Translations under genes and position numbers: made by a program
Notes under the pieces: model-generated
What the model saw: only the letters and a program-made list of their open reading frames with translations
What the model was told of the DNA's origin: nothing
The model's database searches: none
Shown: positions 62,491-64,000 of the stretch, piece after piece
How the letters are laid out: each line of letters opens with the position of its first letter
How positions within the stretch are numbered: position 1 is the stretch's first letter
NCBI GenBank assembly: GCA_026770705.1
Contig: JANJGN010000039.1
Coordinates: forward strand, 8,680,001 to 8,744,000
DNA: 64,000 bases
Origin: Isurus oxyrinchus
Taxonomy: Eukaryota
Direction: 5' to 3'

Positions 62491-64000
62491 ATTACATATA
62501 TAGCATGTAAATGAGGTGCGTATTTTTTCCTACTTTTCGTCATCATGTGGCATTCTGGTAGTAAACCATGAAGCAAATGTCATGGAATTTATTCAACGTA
62601 GAGATAGAAAGATTTTTGGTAGAGCAATACGTTATGGGTTATGGACCATGTCTGAAGTTGGAGTACAGAGAGCTGGCAGGTCAGTTATGACCTTAATGAA
62701 GAGTGGAGCAGGATAGAAGCGACCTACTCCAGCCGCTAAGCGCTATATTCAAATCTTAATTTTTCCCTAATTAAAAACAATATATATATATACTCCTGTA
62801 CTCTAATCCACTTACAAATAATGTCAACGTGTCATCTGCCCTCTTAATTGATTTCTTTACACGCAAGCCTTCACGTTTCACACTTTTTAAATATTATGCT
62901 CTGCTTTCATTGTACTAGGGGGGAAGTCAATGACTTCACACCTCGACACATGACACTTCATCTAACATCATATGGACAGCAAAATTCAGCATTCTATATC
63001 TCTCCGCAACCTTTTTGTTCTCCCCCTCAGCTTACCTTTCTTCAAAGGTCTATATAATCAGCAAAGGTAGATGAATAATTGTTTTGTCTCTACTCTCGAG
63101 TCATTATATTGATTGTAAGAGCCATTCAGCAACTTTCAGCCTTTTACACAGGAACAGGACAAGGTCATTCTGAACGTCGGGTATTTTGAATTGAAATGTA
63201 ATAGGTATAGAATGCCTCGAGCCAGTTTCGCAGGAAATGAAGAAGTCTATTCAGTCCTTCTTGTGCTTGTTACAGACGAGCAGGAGGAAGGCATTCAGTC
63301 TCTGTCGATCCTCTTACACAGGGAAAGGGGGGACACAATTCATTCCATTTTCGACCCTGTCAGACAGGAGCAGGGGGATGTCATTTGGTACCCACAGCCT
63401 GTTGCCGTGGAACAGTGGGAAATGACTCTTTGGGAACAATAAGCACGTCGCTGGAATGTTCAATCCAGGCCTTAATGGATTACACAAGTTTGGAAAATTA
63501 TGCTTCTCTTGTAGAATTGCATATGTTGCAAGATATCGATGTTTTTTTTTTTTTGTTATTGGTAGTTTTTTATGACATGACAGTAACTAAGTGGAAGCTG
63601 TGCCGGGTGTCGCTGACACATACAACCATGAGGAATGGGTGATCCATGGTGCTGGAGTAAAGTTGTCAGAAGATAACAGGGGCTTCAGCACGCACATATA
63701 TATATATAGAGAGGCAGTGATATGTATACTTAGCAGCACATATTGGAAACAACAGGTTATATTAGATTTGTTTTTTGTTTGCATTTTCAAAGTTTCAGTT
63801 AATGGCTTCAGAGTTAAGGCACTCCTAGGTAGCAGCGAGCACAATATGATTGAAATTCACCTCCAGATTCGAATGGAGAAGAGTTGTCTAAGACTGGTAC
63901 TTAAGCTTCAATATGGACAAATAAGTTTGAATGCTGAGTGAGCTGAATTGAACGGTGATATTAGGCTAGTGGATAGATCAAATGGGAAGCACTGGCTGAC

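Overview
This is vertebrate nuclear DNA, not prokaryotic. The repeat content (CR1-type LINE fragments, a Deu-type SINE, Penelope-type hairpins) and the GPCR type point to a cartilaginous fish; this assignment is an inference. Most entries in the ORF track are noise. The window holds a direct segmental duplication (about 3.74-20.5 kb and 42.9-57.7 kb). Each copy carries a two-coding-exon class A GPCR of the GPR139/GPR142-like type: copy 2 (45860-53700) is intact at about 324 aa, and copy 1 (6662-16761) is a pseudogene. Between the copies, on the minus strand and almost invisible to the ORF track, six phase-compatible small exons (36582 to 29953) encode a transmembrane helix and a cytoplasmic tail with two ITIMs. 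They are preceded by a decayed Ig V-like exon and followed by a duplicated ITIM exon, consistent with an inhibitory immune-type receptor locus. Other notable elements are an LTR fused to a 55-nt antisense copy of mature tRNA-Ser inside a CR1, young Penelope-type hairpin insertions with hammerhead-like cores, a fossil hAT transposase and a possible piggyBac remnant. An assembly gap lies at 41162-41662. All family assignments are by-eye motif recognition; no searches were run.
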